Origin: an uncultured Lentimicrobiaceae bacterium
GTDB lineage: Bacteria > Bacteroidota > Bacteroidia > Bacteroidales > F082
Length of the DNA: 47,909 nt
Assembly (NCBI GenBank): GCA_964627945.1
Contig: CAZVKW010000006.1
Span: 1-47,909 of the forward strand
Direction of reading: 5' to 3'
Both the position numbers and the translations under genes were made by a program. A model generated the notes under the pieces. It had not been told where the DNA came from, searched no databases, and saw nothing but the letters and a program-made list of their open reading frames with translations. Positions 46,137 through 47,909 of this stretch are shown piece by piece (the first letter of the stretch is position 1; the number at the start of each line of letters is the position of its first letter).

Positions 46137-47909
46137 TTATCGCTCATTTTCCCGCCTTTTAGCAGCAATTGCTAATTGTCCAAGGGCTAAACCTCCGTCG
46201 TTTGAAGGAACTTTTTCATGTGTAAACACCTCAAAACCCTGATCTTTTAAAAGATTTTCGGATAAGGAAAGCAAATAACGGTTTTGAAATGTTCCTCCAG
46301 AAAGAACAACTTTATTCAATCCGGTTTCAGTTCGAATCTTGCGGGAAAGGTCCAGAATCAACGAAATGATTGTATTGTGAAATTTCGCTGATATTTTTCC
46401 AACCGGCACATTTTGTTCAATATCATTTAGTATTTGTTGAAATGTTTTATAAAACACAACACATTTATTATCAATATTATATATGTATCTACCTTTACAA
46501 TCACTTTCAATAACAGCTTCAAGTCTCATCGGAGCTTCGGCATGAAAAGTACTTACTGGACAGATGCCAGTAATTGCGGCAACAGCATCAAACAGGCGAC
46601 CGGCCCCAGAACTTCTGGGGACATTCAGACCTGAATCAATCATTTGAATTAGAAATATAATATCCTTAGGATCAATTTGTTCTAAAAATGGAAGTCCTGA
46701 ATGCAGTTTTGCCTCACCGAAATATTTATAAATATATGATACTGCGGTTCTCCAGGGATATTTTGTTACCTGATCACCACCAGGAAGGGGAACAGGATCA
46801 AAATAGTATTTTCGCTCATAATCTGACAGATCGCAAGTGAAAGCTTCACTACCCCAGATTGTGCCATCATCACCAAGACCCGTGCCATCAAAAGCAAAGC
46901 CAATCACTTTTTCGTCCAGGCCATGTTCAGCCATGCACGAAGCGATATGGGCATGATGATGTTGGATTTCAAAATGTGGAACTTTATGTTTTTTTGCAAA
47001 TGCGGTAGAAAGATAGGAGGGGTGCGTATCACATGCTACTGCCTGCAATGTAAACCGAAATAGTCTGGAAAAACGATCAACGGACTCTTCATAAAAAGCC
47101 AGTGTTTCGGCATTTTGCAAATCGCCAATATGCTGACTGAAAATTATTTGCTTTCCCTTACCTAAAGCAAAAGTATTGGTAAGCTCGGCGCCGGCAGCGA
47201 AGATGCCTTCGGTGTTCAAACTACTTTGGATAGGAGATGGAACATAGCCTCTCGATCGTCTGATCATACGTTCTCGATCATTCACGATCATAACAACGGA
47301 ATCATCGGCGCGATTATGAATTTCACGATTGTAACCTATAACAATATCAGCTACTTGTGTAAGATCACTTAAAGCGATACTATCATTAATACAAACCGGT
47401 TCGTCACTCAGATTGCCACTTGTAAAAACTATTGAATCGGTTAAAAGGTATTCAAAAATTTGATAATGTATTGGCATATAAGGCATTACAATACCGGTAG
47501 ATGGTAATCCATAACTTACAGAAGCAGCAAATGACTTTTCATTATTGATCAAAAGTACGACTGGTCTTCGCCATGAAATCAGGCTATTTTTCTCGGAATG
47601 ATTGACAGATAGATATTTACATATGGTTTCAAAGTCACGGCACATAACTGCGAATGGTTTCCGGTCGCGGTGTTTGCGCTGACGCAAGATTTGAACAGAT
47701 TGCTCATTATGTGCATCACATAAAAAATGAAAACCACCCAATCCTTTCAATGCGATAATTTTTCCATCATCAATTGACCGGGCAATATATTCAGGAATTG
47801 AAATGAAAGTATCAATTCTATCAGGTTTCAATATGCTGTATTCAGGTCCACAGTAATTACATGCAACAGGCTGTGCATGAAAGCGGCGGTCGAGGATGTT
47901 TTCATACTC
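46137..47909 (-). CDS. hypF: carbamoyltransferase HypF (5'-truncated by window edge)
   Basis: The reading frame stays open from 47831 to the window end. That extra stretch translates as EYENILDRRFHAQPVACNYCGPEYS, the HypF zinc-finger motif. It is followed by YrdC-like (LKGLGGFHF.CDA) and Kae1-like domains. The acylphosphatase N-terminus lies outside the window. Confidence 0.93.
   Translation of the reverse strand, partial: EYENILDRRFHAQPVACNYCGPEYSILKPDRIDTFISIPEYIARSIDDGKIIALKGLGGFHFLCDAHNEQSVQILRQRKHRDRKPFAVMCRDFETICKYLSVNHSEKNSLISWRRPVVLLINNEKSFAASVSYGLPSTGIVMPYMPIHYQIFEYLLTDSIVFTSGNLSDEPVCINDSIALSDLTQVADIVIGYNREIHNRADDSVVMIVNDRERMIRRSRGYVPSPIQSSLNTEGIFAAGAELTNTFALGKGKQIIFSQHIGDLQNAETLAFYEESVDRFSRLFRFTLQAVACDTHPSYLSTAFAKKHKVPHFEIQHHHAHIASCMAEHGLDEKVIGFAFDGTGLGDDGTIWGSEAFTCDLSDYERKYYFDPVPLPGGDQVTKYPWRTAVSYIYKYFGEAKLHSGLPFLEQIDPKDIIFLIQMIDSGLNVPRSSGAGRLFDAVAAITGICPVSTFHAEAPMRLEAVIESDCKGRYIYNIDNKCVVFYKTFQQILNDIEQNVPVGKISAKFHNTIISLILDLSRKIRTETGLNKVVLSGGTFQNRYLLSLSENLLKDQGFEVFTHEKVPSNDGGLALGQLAIAAKRRENER

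Noticed and set aside
1-47909. A search by eye for tRNA, rRNA, CRISPR repeats, transposase or integrase genes, inverted terminal repeats, reverse transcriptases and known riboswitch cores in the longer intergenic regions (1977-2285, 5014-5228, 12204-12458, 23375-23611, 43103-43272).
   Set aside because: Nothing convincing was found. The intergenic regions are AT-rich and have no GC-rich stems typical of structured RNAs. A covariance-model scan (Infernal/Rfam, tRNAscan) would be needed to exclude small RNAs formally.

Overview
This 47.9-kb chromosomal segment reads as a low-GC, anaerobic member of the Bacteroidota. The supporting signals are TAnnTTTG -7 promoter boxes in front of most transcription units, a T9SS-type C-terminal sorting domain, a CarboxypepD_reg-type TonB-dependent receptor, a BatA-type N-terminus, and the divergent folP-cdaA / DUF1599-MauE arrangement. 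Most of the window is housekeeping: a methionine gamma-lyase-like enzyme, guaA, gdhA, parC, a flavodiiron protein, cdaA, folP, tpiA, prmA, plsY, dnaN, and a hypFCDE maturation cluster whose hypF runs off the right edge. I recognised no rRNA, tRNA, CRISPR array, transposase, integrase, reverse transcriptase or known defence gene. The parts that existing families do not explain are: (1) an AT-richer block at about 20.87-25.24 kb with seven small unrecognisable envelope proteins, five of them in one tight minus-strand cluster; (2) a 134-aa protein made of two tandem four-cysteine modules, lying tail-to-tail with hypE; (3) two divergent DUF2271-like proteins, one fused to a T9SS tail and one paired with a TonB receptor; (4) an LVIVD beta-propeller lipoprotein paired with a small beta-barrel; (5) a 1493-aa secreted protein of unknown family sitting among tpiA, prmA, plsY and dnaN. 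I cannot assign a function to any of these from sequence alone. I do not see a complete, compelling novel system, so these are ranked leads and not discoveries.
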